NCBI RefSeq assembly: GCF_964213995.1
Contig: NC_135808.1
Span: 12,648,001 to 12,712,000 of the forward strand
DNA length: 64,000 nucleotides
Direction of reading: 5' to 3'
Origin: Mustelus asterias
Taxonomy: Eukaryota
Position 1 is the stretch's first letter; each line of letters starts with the position of its first letter. A program made the position numbers and the translations under genes. Of the stretch, positions 12,899 through 25,545 are shown in pieces. Under the pieces are notes generated by a model. The model was given only the letters and a program-made list of their open reading frames with translations, was not told where the DNA came from and did not search any database.

Positions 12899-14513
12899 AT
12901 GGAGACTTCTGGTAAGTGGCACGCTTTCAAAAGTGTGTTAACCAGGATTCAGGGTAAACACATTCCTCTGAGAGTGAAGGGCAAGGCTGGCAGAAGTCGG
13001 GAACCCTGGATGACTCGGGGTATTGAGGCCCTGGTCAAGAAGAAGAAAGAGGCACATGACATGCATTGGCAGCTGGGATCAAGTGAATCCTTTGAAGAGT
13101 ATAGGGGGTGTAGGAATAGAGTTAAGAGAAAACTCAGGAGGGCAAAAAGGGGACACGAGATTGTTTTGACAGATAAGGTAAAGGAGAATCCAAAGAGCTT
13201 CTACAAATACATAAAGGGCAAAAGAGTGACAAGGGAGAGAGTAGGGCCTCTTAAGGATCAACAAGGTCATCTATGTGCGGATCCACAAGATATGGGTGAG
13301 ATCATAAATGAATATTTCTCATCAGTATTTACTGTTGAGATGTCAGGGAACTTGGAGAAATAAATAGTGATGTCTTGAGGAGTGTACATATTACAGAGGA
13401 GATGCTGGAAGTCGTAAAGCGCATCAAGGTAGATAAATCCCCAGGACCTGATGAACTATATCCCAGGATATTGTGGGAGGCGAGGGAGGAAATTACGGGT
13501 CCTCTAGCCGAGATATTTGAATCATCGATAGTCACGGGTGAGGTATCTGATGATTGGAGAGTGGCAAATGTTGTGGCTTTGTTTAAAAAGGGCTGCAGGG
13601 AAAATCCTGGGAACCACAGGCCAGTGAGCCTCACATCTGTGGTGGGTAAGTTGTTGGAAGGTATTTTGAGAGACAGGATCTACAGGCATTTAGAGACGCA
13701 AGGTCTGATTAGGGACAGTCAGCATGGCTTTGTGAGTGGAAAATCATATCTCACAAACTTAATTGAGTTTTTTGAAGCGGAAACCAAGAAGGTAGATGAG
13801 GGCAATGCAGTTGATGTTGTCGACATGGACTTTAGCAAGGCCTTTGACAAGGTACCGCATGGTAGGTTGTTGCATAAGGTTAAATCTCACGAGGTCCAGG
13901 GTGAGGTATCTAAATGGATCCAAAATTGGCTTCTTGACGGAAGCCAGAGGGTGGTTGTAGAGGGTTGTTTTTCAAACTGAAGGCCTGTGACCAGCGGTGT
14001 GCCTCAGGGATCAGTGCTGGGCCCACTGTTATTTGTCATTTATATTAATGATTTGGATGAGAATATAGGGGGCATGGTTAGTAAGTTTGCAGATGACACC
14101 AAGATTGGTGGCATAGTGGACAGTGAAGAAGGTTATCTCCGATTGCAACGGGATCTTGATCAGTTGGGCCAGTGGGCTGACGAATGGCAGATGGAGTTTA
14201 ATTTAGACAAATGCGAGGTGATGCATTTTGGTAGATTGAACCAGGGCAGGACTTACTCAGTTAATGGTAGGGCGTTGGGGAGAGTTACAGAACAAAGAGA
14301 TCTAGGGGTACGTGTTCATAGCTCCTTGAAAGTGGAGTCACAGATGGACAGAGTGGTGAAGAAGGCATTCGGCATGCTTGGTTTCATCGGTCAGAACATT
14401 GAAGACAGGAGTTGGGACGTCTTATTGAAGTTGTACAAGACATTGGTAAGGCCACACTTGGAATACTGTGTACAGTTCTGGTCACCCTATTATAGAAAGG
14501 ATATTATTAAACT
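12899..14513 (+). mobile_element. CR1 ORF2 fragment, truncated at its 3' end by a Penelope-like element
   Basis: ORFs 12899-13363, 13375-13980 and 13987-14547 with RT motifs. Confidence 0.9.
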
Positions 14514-15803
14514 AGACGATCAGAGGCCGATTGCCCGTGACCGCTGAAGTGCTCCCCAACAGGAAGAGAACACACTTGCCTGGTGATTGTCGAGCGGTGT
14601 TCATTCATCCGTTGTCGCAGCGTCTGCATGGTTTCCCCAATGTACCATGCCTCGGGACATCCTTTCCTGCAGCATATCAGGTAGACAACGTTGACCGAGT
14701 TGCAAGAGTATGTACTGTGTACCTGGTGGATGGTGTTCTCACGTGAGATGATGGCATCCGTGTCGATGATCCGGCATGTCTTGCAGAGGTTGATGTGGCA
14801 GGTCCATGCGGCGCCGTGGTCACTGTTCTCCTGAAGGCCAGGGCAGTCCGCCGCAGACAATGGTCTGCCTGAGGTTGTGCGATTGTTTGAAGGCAAGAAC
14901 TGGGGGTGTGGGGATGGCCTTGGAGAGATGTTCGTCTTCATCGATGAGATGTTGAAGACTCTGGAGAAAATGTCGTAGCTTCTCCGCTCCGGGGAAGTAC
15001 TGGACGACGAAGGGTACTCTGCCTGCTGTGTCCCGTGTTTGTCTTCTGAGGAGGTCAGTGCTGTTTTTCACTGTGGCGTGTCGGAACTGTTAATCAATGA
15101 GTGGAGCGCCACATCCTGTTCTTATGAGAGTGTCTTTCAGCGTCTGTAGGCGTCTGTTGCGATCCTCCTCATCTGAGCAGATCCTGTGTATATGGAGTGC
15201 TTGTCCGTGGGGGATGGGTTCTTAAACATGTTTAGGGTGGAAGCTGGAGAAATGGAGCATCGTGAAGTTATCAGTGGGCTTGCGGTACAGTGAAGTGCTG
15301 AGATGACCGTCCTTGATCTACAACAACGGATGAATGAATGCCGCTCGGCAATCACCAGGCAGGAGTGCTGTCTTCCCATCGGGGAACACTTCAGCAGTCA
15401 CGGGCATTCAGCCTCTGATCTTCAGGTAAGCATTCTCCAAGGCGGCCTTCACGACACACGACAATGCAGAATCGCTGAGCAGAGACTGATAGCCAAGTTC
15501 CGCACACATGAAGACGGCCTCAACCGGGATCTTGGGTTCATGTCACACGATCTGTAACCTCCACAACTTGCCTGGGCTTGCAAAATCTCACTAACTGTCC
15601 TGGCTGGAGACAATACTCATCTCTTTAACCTGTGCTTAACCCTCTCTCCACTCACATTGTCTGTACCTTTGAGACTTGATTACCTGTAAAGACTCGCATT
15701 CCAACCATTATCTTGTAAATTGAGTTTGTGTCTGTATATGCCCTGTTTGTGAACACAGCTCCTCACTCTCCTGATGAAGGAGCAGCGCTCCGAAAGCTTG
15801 TGT
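14514..15803. mobile_element. Penelope-like element, inverted two-part structure
   Basis: Minus arm encodes GIY-YIG (NVVYLI..C...WYIGET..TLRQRMNEH). Plus arm 15303-15803 repeats the C-terminus and ends in a hammerhead. Confidence 0.88.
15766..15803 (+). ncRNA. Minimal hammerhead ribozyme
   Basis: ctc-CTGATGA-aggagcagcgctcc-GAAA-gc-TT-gtg; stem I imperfect. Confidence 0.6.
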
Positions 15804-15893
15804 GAGCTGTTTGGGTACACTGAGGGAGAATGTAGCATGGCTAATTCACCCAACCAGCACATCTTTCAGATTGTGGGAGGATGAATACAGAAT

Positions 15894-18783
15894 ACATAGT
15901 AATAGAGATGTGGAGGAAGAAATTGCTAAGCAGATTATGGATATGTGTGGGGGTCACAGGGTAGTTGTCATGGGGGCTTTAACTTTCCAAATATTGATTG
16001 GAATCTTTGTAGGTCAAATAGTTCGGATGGGGCAGTTTTTGTGCAGTGTGTGCAGGAGGGTTTCCTGACACAATATGTGGATAGGCCGACAAGAGGTGAG
16101 GCCACATTGGATTTGGTACTGGGAAATGAACCGGGCCAAGTGTTAGATTTGGTTGTGGGAGAGCACTTTGGAGATAGTGACCACAATTCGGTGTCTTTTG
16201 TTATTGCAATGGAGAGGGATAGGGCCGTATGGCAGGGCAAGGTTTACAACTGGGGGAGAGGTAATTATGATGCGATTAGGAAAGAATTAGGGGGCATAAG
16301 TTGGGAACAGAAACTGTCAGAGAAAGGAACTAATGAAAAGTGGAACTTTTTCAAGGAACAAATACTGGGTGTCCTTCATAGGTATGTCCCTGTCAGGCAG
16401 GGAGGAAATGGCCGAGTGAGGGAACCATGGTTCACAAAAGAGGTGGAATGTCTTGTGAAAAGGAAGAGGGAAGCTCTTCGATATGTACATAGAAACATAG
16501 AAACATAGAAACCCTACAGTGCAGAAGGAGGCCATTCGGCCCATCGAGTCTGCACCGACCACAATCCCACCCAGGCCCTCCCCCCACATATTTTACCCGC
16601 TAATCCCTCTAACCTACGCATCCCAGGACTCTAAGGGACAATTTTTAACCTGGCCAATCAACCTAACCCGCACATCTTTGGACTGTGGGAGGAAACCGGA
16701 GCACCCGGAGGAAACCCACGCAGACACGAGGAGAATGTGCAAACTCCACACAGACAGTGACCCGAGCCGGGAATCGAACCCGGGATCCTGGAGCTGTGAA
16801 GCAGCAGTGCTAACCACTGTGCTACCGTGCCGCCCCCTACCGTGTAGGGATGAGGAAACAAGGTTCAGGTGGCTCGATTGAGGGTTACAAGTTAGCAAGG
16901 AATGAGCTGAAAAAGGGGCTTAGGAGAGCTAGGAGGGGACATGAGAAGTCCTTGGCGGGTCAGATCAAGGAAAACCCCAAGGCTTTTTATTCTTATGTGA
17001 GGAATAAAAGAATGACCAGGGTGAGGTTAGGGCCGGTCAAGGACAGTAGTGGGAACTTGTGTATGGAGTCAGTAGAGATAGGCGAGGTGATGAATGAATA
17101 CTTTTCTTCAGTGTTCACCAAGGAGAGGGGCCATGTTTTTGAGGAAGAGAAGGTGTTACAGGCTAATAGGCTGGAGGAAATAGATGTTCGGAGGGAGGAT
17201 GTCCTGGCAGTTTTGAATAAACTGAAGGTCGATAAGTCCCCTGGGCCTGATGAAATGTATCCTAGGATTCTTTGGGAGGCAAGGGATGAGATTGCAGAGC
17301 CTTTGGCTTTGATCTTTGGGTCCTCGCTGTCCACGGAGATGGTGCCAGAGGACTGGAGAATGGCGAATGTTGTTCCTCTGTTTAAGAAAGGGAATAGAAA
17401 TGACCCTGGTAATTATAGACCGGTTAGTCTTACTTCGGTGGTTGGTAAATTGATGGAAAAGGTCCTTAGGGATGGGATTTACGACCATTTAGAAAGATGA
17501 GGATTAATCCGGGATAGTCAGCACGGATTCGTGAAGGGCAAGTCGTGCCTCACAAATCTGATTGAATTTTTTGAGGAGGTTACTAAGTGTGTTGATGAAG
17601 GTAGGGCAGTTGATGTCATATACATGGATTTTAGTAAGGCATTTGATAAGGTCCCCCATGGTCGGCTTATGATGAAAGTGAGGGGGTGTGGGATAGAGGG
17701 AAAGTTGGCCGATTGGTTAGGTAACTGGCTGTCTGATCGAAGACAGAGGGTGGTGGTGGATGGAAAATTTTCGGATTGGAGGCAGGTTGCTAGCGGAGTG
17801 CCACAGGGATCGGTGCTTGGTCCTCTGCTCTTTGTGATTTTTATTAATGACTTAGAGGAGGGGGCTGAAGGGTGGATCAGTAAATTTGCTGATGACACCA
17901 AGATTGGTGGAGTAGTGGATGAGGTGGAGGGTGTTGTAGGCTGCAAAGAGACATAGATAGGATGCAAAGCTGGGCTGAAAAATGGCAAATGGAGTTTAAC
18001 CCTGATAAATGTGAGGTGATTCATTTTGGTAGGACTAATTTAAATGTGGATTACAGGGTCAAAGGTAGGGTTCTGAAGACTGTGGAGGAACAGAGAGATC
18101 TTGGGGTCCATGTCCACAGATCTCTAAAGGTTGCCACTCAAGTGGATAGAGCTGTGAAGAAGGCCTATAGTGTGTTAGTTTTTATTAACAGGGGGTTGGC
18201 GTTTAAGAGCCGTGGGGTTATGCTGCAACTGTACAGGACCTTGGTGAGACCACATTTGGAATATTGTGTGCAGTTCTGGTCACCTCACTATAAGAAGGAT
18301 GTGGAAGTGCTGAAAAGAGTGCAGAGGAGATTTACCAGGATGCTGCCTGGTTTGGAGGGTTGGTCTTATGAGGAAAGGTTGAGGGAGCTAGGGCTGTTCT
18401 CTCTGGAGCGGAGGAGGCTGAGGGGAGACTTAATAGAGGTTTATAAAATGATGAAGGGAATAGATAGAGTGAATGTTCAAAGACTATTTCCTCGGGTGGA
18501 TGGAGCTATTACAAGGGGGCATAACTATAGGGTTCGTGGTGGGAGATATAGGAAGGATATCAGAGGTAGGTTCTTTACGCAGAGAGTGGTTGGGGTGTGG
18601 AATGGACTGCCTGCAGTGATAGTGGAGTCAGACACTTTAGGAACATTTAAGTGGTTATTGGATAGGCACATGGAGCACACCAGGATGATAGGGAGTGGGA
18701 TAGCTTGATCTTGGTTTCAGATAAAGCTCGGCACAACATCGTGGGTCGAAGGGCCTGTTCTGTGCTGTACTGTTCTATGTTCT
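15894..18783 (+). mobile_element. 5'-truncated copy of the same CR1 subfamily as 1773-6278, interrupted by a SINE
   Basis: Near-identical to ~3750-6278; stop at 17498-17500 and frameshift near 17930. Confidence 0.93.
16488..16836 (-). mobile_element. HE1/V-SINE-like tRNA SINE with CR1-derived tail
   Basis: Head ggcacggtagcacagtggttagcactgctgc, B-box ggttcgattcc, tail gtttctatgtttctatg. Confidence 0.9.
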
Positions 18784-19249
18784 AAGAACATATGTTTATT
18801 TTGTATATTCAGAAACCACAGAAAGGGTGTCTGCAGTGTACCTGAAAACATATTCACACAGTAAAAAGAGCGATAGATGAAAGAGAGCTCTTGCTTGACC
18901 CACATATCTACTGAATGTTAATTTCAAATGTGTCGATAACATTCAATCGCGACTGTGCACAGGTCAGAATGTGTAACTTTCAAATAGGGGGTCCATTGTT
19001 CTGCACACACTTGGTCTAATTATTCCCCTCTCCCCACTCCCCTCCCCCTTTAAATCTAATCCTCCTCCCTCTTAGCTGAAGAATAAATGGAAAAGGGTGG
19101 AGAAAACACTAATATCAATGTTGTTGGTCTGGATTGTTGAGTAAAAATGACAAAACGTATAAATACTGCAGATGCTAGAAAACGGAAAGAAAAATATAAT
19201 GTTAATGAAAGGTTAACTCTAAAATGTTAACTCTGTCTTCACATAGATG

Positions 19250-19493
19250 ATGTGGAGATGCTGGCGTTGGACTGGGGTGAACACAGTAAGAAGGTACCTT
19301 TAAGATCTGGCTGGCTGTAGGGATTCGCATTCTAATCAGTATTCTGTAACTTGATTTTTTGTGTCTCTGTGCACTGTTTGAGGGCACATTTCCACTCCAT
19401 CTGACGAAGGAGCAGCGCTCCGAAAGCTTATGGTATTTGCTACCAAATAAACCTGTTGGACTTTAACCTGGTGTTGTGAGACTTCTTACTGTG
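19250..19493. mobile_element. Short Penelope-like terminal insertion with hammerhead
   Basis: Inverted terminal motif plus 3' end; flanked by ttcacatagatg at 19238 and 19494. Confidence 0.8.
19397..19433 (+). ncRNA. Minimal hammerhead ribozyme
   Basis: ccat-CTGACGA-aggagcagcgctcc-GAAA-gc-TT-atgg. Confidence 0.72.
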
Positions 19494-19566
19494 TTCACAT
19501 AGATGCAGTAAGAAGTTTAACAACACCAGGTTAAAGTCCAACAGGTTTATTTGGTAGCAAAAGCCA

Positions 19567-19604
19567 CACAAGCTTTCGGAGCTCCAAGCCCCTTCTTCAG
19601 GTGA
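19567..19604 (-). ncRNA. Minimal hammerhead ribozyme
   Basis: cac-CTGAAGA-aggggcttggagctcc-GAAA-gc-TT-gtg on the minus strand. Confidence 0.68.
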
Positions 19605-20890
19605 GTGGGAATTCTGTTCACAAACAGAGCATATAAAGACACAAACTCAATTTACATGAATAATGGTTGGAATGCGAATACTTACAACTAATCAAGTCTT
19701 TAAGAAACAAAACAACGTGAGTGGAGAGAGCATCAAGACAGGCTAAAAAGATTTGTATTGTCTCCAGACAAGACAGCCAGTGAAACTCTGCAGACCCAGG
19801 CAACTGTGGGGGTTACAAATAGTGTGACATGAACCCAATATCCCGGTTGAGGCCGTCCTCGTGTGTGAGGAACTTGGCTATCAGTGTCTGCTCAGCGACT
19901 CTGCGCCATCGTGTGTCGCGAAGGCCGCCTTGGAGAACGCTTACCCGAATATCAGAGGCCGAATGCCCGTGACCGCTGAAGTGCTCCCCAACAGGAAGAG
20001 AACAGTCTTGCCTGGTGATTGTCGAGCGGTGTTCATTCATCCGTTGTCGCAGCGTCTGCATAGTTTCCCCAATGTACCATGCCTCGGGACATCCTTTCTT
20101 GCAGCGTATCAGGTAGACAACGTTGGCCGAGTTGCAAGAGCATGTACCGTGTACCTGGTGGATGGTGTTCTCACGTGAGATAATGGCATCTGTGTCGATG
20201 ATCCGGCACGTCTTGCAGAGGTTGCTGTGGCAGGGTTGTGTGGTGTCATGGTCACTGTTCTCCTGAAGGCTGGGTAGTTTGCTGCGGTCAATGGTCTGTT
20301 TGAGGTTGTGCGGTTGTTTGAAGGCAAGAAGTGGGGGTGTGGGGATGGCCTTGGCGAGATGTTCGTCTTCATCAATGACATGTTGAAGGCTCCGGAGGAG
20401 ATGCCGTAGCTTACAGCGTACATTGGGGAAACTATGCAGACGCTGCGACAACGGATGAATGAACACTGCTCGACAATCACCAGGCAAGACTGTTCTCTTC
20501 CTGTTGGGGAGCACTTCAGCGGTCACGGGCATTCGGCCTCCGATATTCGGGTAAGCGTTCTCCAAGGCGGCCTTCGCGACACACGACGGCGCAGAGTCGC
20601 TGAGCAGAAACTGATAGCCAAGTTCCGCACACACGAGGACGGCCTCAGCCGGGATATTGGGTTCATGTCACACTATTTGCAACCCCCACAGTTGCCTGGG
20701 CCTGCAGAGTTTCACTGGCTGTCTTGTCTGGAGACAATACACATCTTTTTAGCCTGTCTTGATGCTCTCTCCACTCACGTTGTTTTGTTTCTTAAAGACT
20801 TGATTAGTTGTAAGTATTCGCATTCCAACCATTATTCATGTAAATTGAGTTTGTGTCTTTATATGCTCTGTTTGTGAACAGAATTCCCAC

Positions 20891-20929
20891 TCACCTGAAG
20901 AAGGGGCTTGCAGCTCCGAAAGCTTGTGT
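20891..20929 (+). ncRNA. Minimal hammerhead ribozyme
   Basis: cac-CTGAAGA-aggggcttgcagctcc-GAAA-gc-TT-gtg. Confidence 0.68.
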
Positions 20930-21090
20930 AGCTTTTGCTACCAAATAAACCTGTTGGACTTTAACCTGGTGTTGTTAAACTTCTTACTGTGTTTACCCCA
21001 GTCCAACGCCGGCATCTCCACATCATGATTCACATAGATGGCCAGACCTGCTGAGTATTTCCAACATCTTCTGTTTTTTGTTATTGCTGC

Positions 21091-21380
21091 ACGGCGGCGC
21101 TGCTGTCTCACAGCGCTAGGGACCCGGGTTCAATTCCAGCCTCGGGTCACTGTCTGTGGGAAGTCTGCACATTCTCCCCGTGTCTGCTTGGGCTTCCTCC
21201 AGGTGCACCGATTTCCTGCCACACTCCAAAGATGGATTGGCATGTCAAATTGCCCCTTAGTGTCAGGGGGATTAGCAGGGTAAATACATGGGGTTACAGG
21301 GATAGGGCCTCAGTAGGATTGTCGTCAGTACAGGCTTGATGGGGTGAATGGTCTCCTCTGCACTGTGGGGATTCTATGAA
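21091..21380 (+). mobile_element. HE1-like SINE (degenerate)
   Basis: B-box gggttcaattcc, core ggtcactgtctgtg, tail gggattctatgaat. Confidence 0.75.
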
Positions 21381-21534
21381 TCTGCTCTGAGCTCTGTTTG
21401 AAGGAAATCTGTATGCATGTCCATTTTGTATCTGTTTACTTGCAATTCAATGTAGCTGTGTTCCCTTCAGACACGGAAAGGAGCAAATGCAAGAAACAGC
21501 GTATGCTGCAATTCTAACAAAGATTCACCATGTC

Positions 21535-21945
21535 TATGGAAACATAGGAATTAGAAGCAGAAGTCGGCAATTCAGCCCTTCAAGCCTCCTCCGCCATTCA
21601 ATCAGATCATGGCTGATCTCTCCCTGGTCTCAAATTCACCTCCCCATCTGTTCCCCATATCCCTTTAGCCCTTTTTAAAAAAATCAGAAATATATCGCTT
21701 TCTTGAAAATCATTGAATGATTCAGACTCCACCGTGCTGTGGGGCAGCGAGTTCCACAAATTCACCACCCTCTGTAAGAAGTCGTTCCTCCTCATCTCAG
21801 TGTTAAATCTACCGTCTCTCAACCTATACCTGTGACTTCATGTTCTAGATGGCCCCACACGGGGAAACATTTGGTCTACATTTATTCTATCAATCCCTTC
21901 TAAAATTTTATATACCTCGATCAGATCCCCTCTCATCCTTCTAAT
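21535..21945 (-). mobile_element. CR1 3' end fragment
   Basis: RRMRGDLIEVYKI and QRVVNLWNSLP on the minus strand. Confidence 0.8.
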
Positions 21946-21959
21946 AGAGGTCTCATCTC

Positions 21960-23191
21960 TCGTGAGGAAGTGACGAAGATGATTGATTAGGGTAGGGCAG
22001 TGGATGTTGTCTACATGGACTTCAGTAAGGTCTTTGACAAGGTCCCTCATGGCAGACTGGTGCAGAAGGTGAAGTCGCATGGGATCAGAGGTGAGCTGGC
22101 AAGGTGGATACAAAACTGGCTCGGTCAAAGAAGACAGAGGGTAGCACTGGAAGGGTGTGTTTCTGAATGGGGGGCTGTGACAAGTGGTGTTTCTCAGGGA
22201 TCAGTGCTGGGACCTTTGCTGTTTGTAATATATATATAAATGATTTGGAGAAAAATGTAACTGGATTGATAAGTTTGCGGACGACACAAAGGTTGGTGGA
22301 TTTGCAGATAGCAATGAGGACCATCAGAGGATACAGCAGGATATAGATCAGTTGGAGACTTGGGCGGAGAGATGGCAGATGGAGTTTAATCCGGACAAAT
22401 GTGAGGTAGTGCATTTTGGAAGGTCAAATACAGATAGGAAATATACATTAAATGGCAGAACCCTTGAGAGTATTGATAGGCAAAGGGATCTGGGTGTACA
22501 GGTACACAGGTCACTGAAAGTGGTAATGCAGGTGGAGAAGGTAGTCAAGAAGGCATGCGGTATGCTTGCCTTCATCGGCCGGGGTATTGAGTTTAAAAAT
22601 TGGCAAGTCATGTTGCAGCTTTATAGAACCTTAGTTAGGCCGCACTTGGAATATAGTGTTCAATTCTGGTCGCCACACTACCAGAAGGATGTGGAGGCTT
22701 TGGAGAGGGTACAGAAAAGATTTACCAGGATGTTGCCTGGTATGGAGGGCATTAGCTATGAGAGGTTAGAGAAACTTGGGTTTGTTCTCACTGGAGCGAC
22801 GGGGGTTGAGGGGAGACCTGATAGAAGTCTACAAGATTATGAGAGGCATGGACAGAATGGATAGTCAGAAGCTTTTTCCCAGGGTGGAAGGGTCAATTAC
22901 TAGGGGACATAGGCTGAAGGTGTGAGGGGCAAGGTTTAAAGGAGATGTACGAGCCAGATTTTTTACAGAAAGTAGTGGGTGCCTGGAACTCATTGCCGGG
23001 GGAGGGAGTGGAAGCGGATACGGTAGTGACTTTTAAGGGGCATCTTGACAAGTACATGAATAGGATGGGAATAGAGGGATATGGTCCCCGGAAGGGGAGG
23101 GGATTTTAGTTAAGCCAGGCAGCATGGTCGGTGCTGGCTTGAAGGGCCGAAGGGCCTGTTCCTGTGCTGTAATTTTCATTGTTCTTTGTTC
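21960..23191 (+). mobile_element. 5'-truncated CR1
   Basis: ORFs 22000-22239 and 22352-22864; 3' UTR ending gttctttgttct. Confidence 0.88.
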
Positions 23192-23865
23192 TCTCCTCAT
23201 ACATCAACCCTTTCATCCATCTTGTTGACCCAAATTTCTGTGGAGTCAGGCCAACTGTGGAGGCCTTGGAAAATGGTGGGTGGATCGGATTCCTACCTCC
23301 ATTCCTGGCACCGGCCTTTTCCACGGACATTGGATAAAAGTTTCGGTCGCCAGCCCAGGCCTTGCAGTCCCAACTTGGCAAGCTCCATTTTGGACAGTAA
23401 AGCATCTCATTATCCCTCCTTCTGATTTTCATGGAATCTTCCATGACCCAGAGTTCATGACTCCTCGAAGGAGCCGGGAACCACAGTCTGTATTCAGGAA
23501 TCTTTTGAAATGCAACTTTAAAAGCTCTTTGCCATTCCCCCTTCATATCTCCCAGAGCCCCTCTGTGTCCTCCCAGTGAGTGCAATCAGTTTTACCTGAT
23601 GTTCTCCCATGTCACCCCTAACTCTGTAGTCAACGTGACAGGTTTAGTGTGTGGTGCAGGGGGGAGCATGTGATGCTGTGTCATACCAACACCAGGAAAG
23701 CTCAGCAGGTCAAATTGAAGCAGTCTCTTCCAAAACTACTCTCAGCTCAAGCATGTCGCAGTCATATTTGCTGCTCTACCCTTCTTTACGACTTCACGAC
23801 CTCTCGCCTGGGTCCAATGCCACTGATTTCCAACATTGAAACTGTAATCAACTTCAGGTTATTTG

Positions 23866-24094
23866 GTGGCAGTGATTAGCACTGTTGCCTCACAGCGCCA
23901 GGGACCCGAGTTTGATTCCTGGCTTGGGTCACAGTCTGTGCGGAGTCTGCACGTTCTCCCCGTGCATGCATGGGTTTCCTCCAGGTGCTCCAGTTTTGTC
24001 CAAAAGACGTGCTGGTTAGGTGCATTGGCTATGCTAAATTCTCCCTCAGTGTACCCGAACAGGCACTAGAGTGTGGTGACTCAGGGATTTTCAC
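23866..24094 (+). mobile_element. tRNA SINE (alternative-tail subfamily)
   Basis: gtggcagtgattagcactgttgcctcacagcgccagggacccg head; ctccctcagtgtacccgaacagg body. Confidence 0.75.
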
Positions 24095-24207
24095 GGTAGA
24101 TTGGAGGGTGGCAAATGTTGTGTCTTTGTTTAAAAAGGGCTGCAGGGAAAAGCCTGGGAACTACAGGGCGGTGAGCCTCACATATGTAGTGGGCAAGTTG
24201 TTGGAAG

Positions 24208-25070
24208 GTCATAGTCATAGAGTTTTACAGCATGGAAACAGGCCCTTCGGCCCAACCTGCCTCTGCCGCCCTTTTTAAAAAAATCTCAGCTAATCCCAAT
24301 TGCCTGCATTTGGCCCATATCCCTCTATACCCATCTTACCCATGTAATTGTCTAAATGCTTTTTAAAAGACAAAATTATACCCACCTCTACGACCACCTC
24401 TGGCAGCTTGTTCCAGACACCATCCTGTGTGTGAAGAAATTGCCCCCTGGACACTTTTGCATCTCTCTCCTCTCACCTTAAACCTATGCCCTCTCGTTTT
24501 AGACTCCCCTACCTTTGGGAAAAGATATTGACTATCTCGCTGATTTATGCCCCTCATTATTTTATAGACTTCTATAAGATCACCCCTCAGCCTTCTACGC
24601 TCCAGAAGAAAAAGGTCCCAAACTATCCAACCTCTCCTTATAACTCAAACCATCAAGTCCCGATAACATCCTCGTAAATCTTTTCTGCACCTTTTCTAGT
24701 TGAATATCATCCTTTCTATATTAGGGTGACCAGAACTATACACAGTATTCCAAGTGTGCCCTTACCAATGCCTTGTACAACTTCAACAAGACGTCCCAAC
24801 TCCTGTATTCAATGTTCTGACCAATGAAACCAAGCATGCTGAATGCCTTCTTCACCACTCTGTCCACCTGTGACTCCACTTTCAAGGAGCTATGAACATG
24901 TACCCCGAGATCTCTTTGTTCTGTAACTCTCCCCAACGCCGACATTAACTGAGTAAGTCCTGCCCTAGTTCTATCTACCAAAATACATCTAAATTAAACT
25001 CCATCTGCCATTCGTCAGCCCAACGACCCAATTGATCAAGATCCCGTTGCAATCCGAGATAACTTTCTTC
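24208..25070 (-). mobile_element. CR1 3' fragment
   Basis: QRDLGVHVHSSLKV, AHLEYCV and TRGHRFKVRG on the minus strand. Confidence 0.85.
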
Positions 25071-25077
25071 ACATCCA

Positions 25078-25443
25078 TGGAACCACATCCAACTCCCCCT
25101 TTCACACACACTGAACCCCACCCAACTCCCCCTTTCTCACACACTGAACCCCATCCAACTCCCCCTTTCTCACACACTGAACCCCACCCAACTCCCCCTT
25201 TCTCACAGACTGAACCCCATCCAACTTCCCCTTTCACACAGACTGAACCCCATCCAACTTCCCCTTTCACACAGACTGAACCCCATCCAACTCCCCTTTT
25301 CACACACACTGAACCCCATCCAACTCCCCTTTTCACACACACTGAACCCCATCCAACTCCCCCTTTCTCACACACTGAACCCCATCCAACTCCCCCTTTC
25401 ACACACACTGAACCCCATCCAATTCCCTCTTTCACACACACTA
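25078..25443 (+). repeat. 33-bp minisatellite, about 11 copies
   Basis: Unit actgaaccccatccaactccccctttctcacac. Confidence 0.92.
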
Positions 25444-25545
25444 AATCCACAAGTCCCCACAAGAGACAAACAAGCTCCAAGTTGATAAATAAGACATTGC
25501 ACCCCATCTTGGGCTCGATCTTAGCCAAAAAGCCGAGAGGCTGGG

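Larger units (their letters stand above)
19506..21028. mobile_element. Penelope-like fold-back insertion (GIY-YIG region, arms inverted around ~20415)
   Basis: Minus arm 19506-20415 and plus arm 20418-21028 are near-perfect inverted copies; 12-bp TSD ttcacatagatg. Confidence 0.92.

Noticed and set aside
16488-16836. tRNA genes at SINE heads
   Set aside because: The A/B boxes continue into SINE core and tail, and no full cloverleaf is evident.
19813-20634. 273-aa ORF as a novel gene
   Set aside because: It is a chimera of antisense and sense GIY-YIG sequence created by the fold-back junction.
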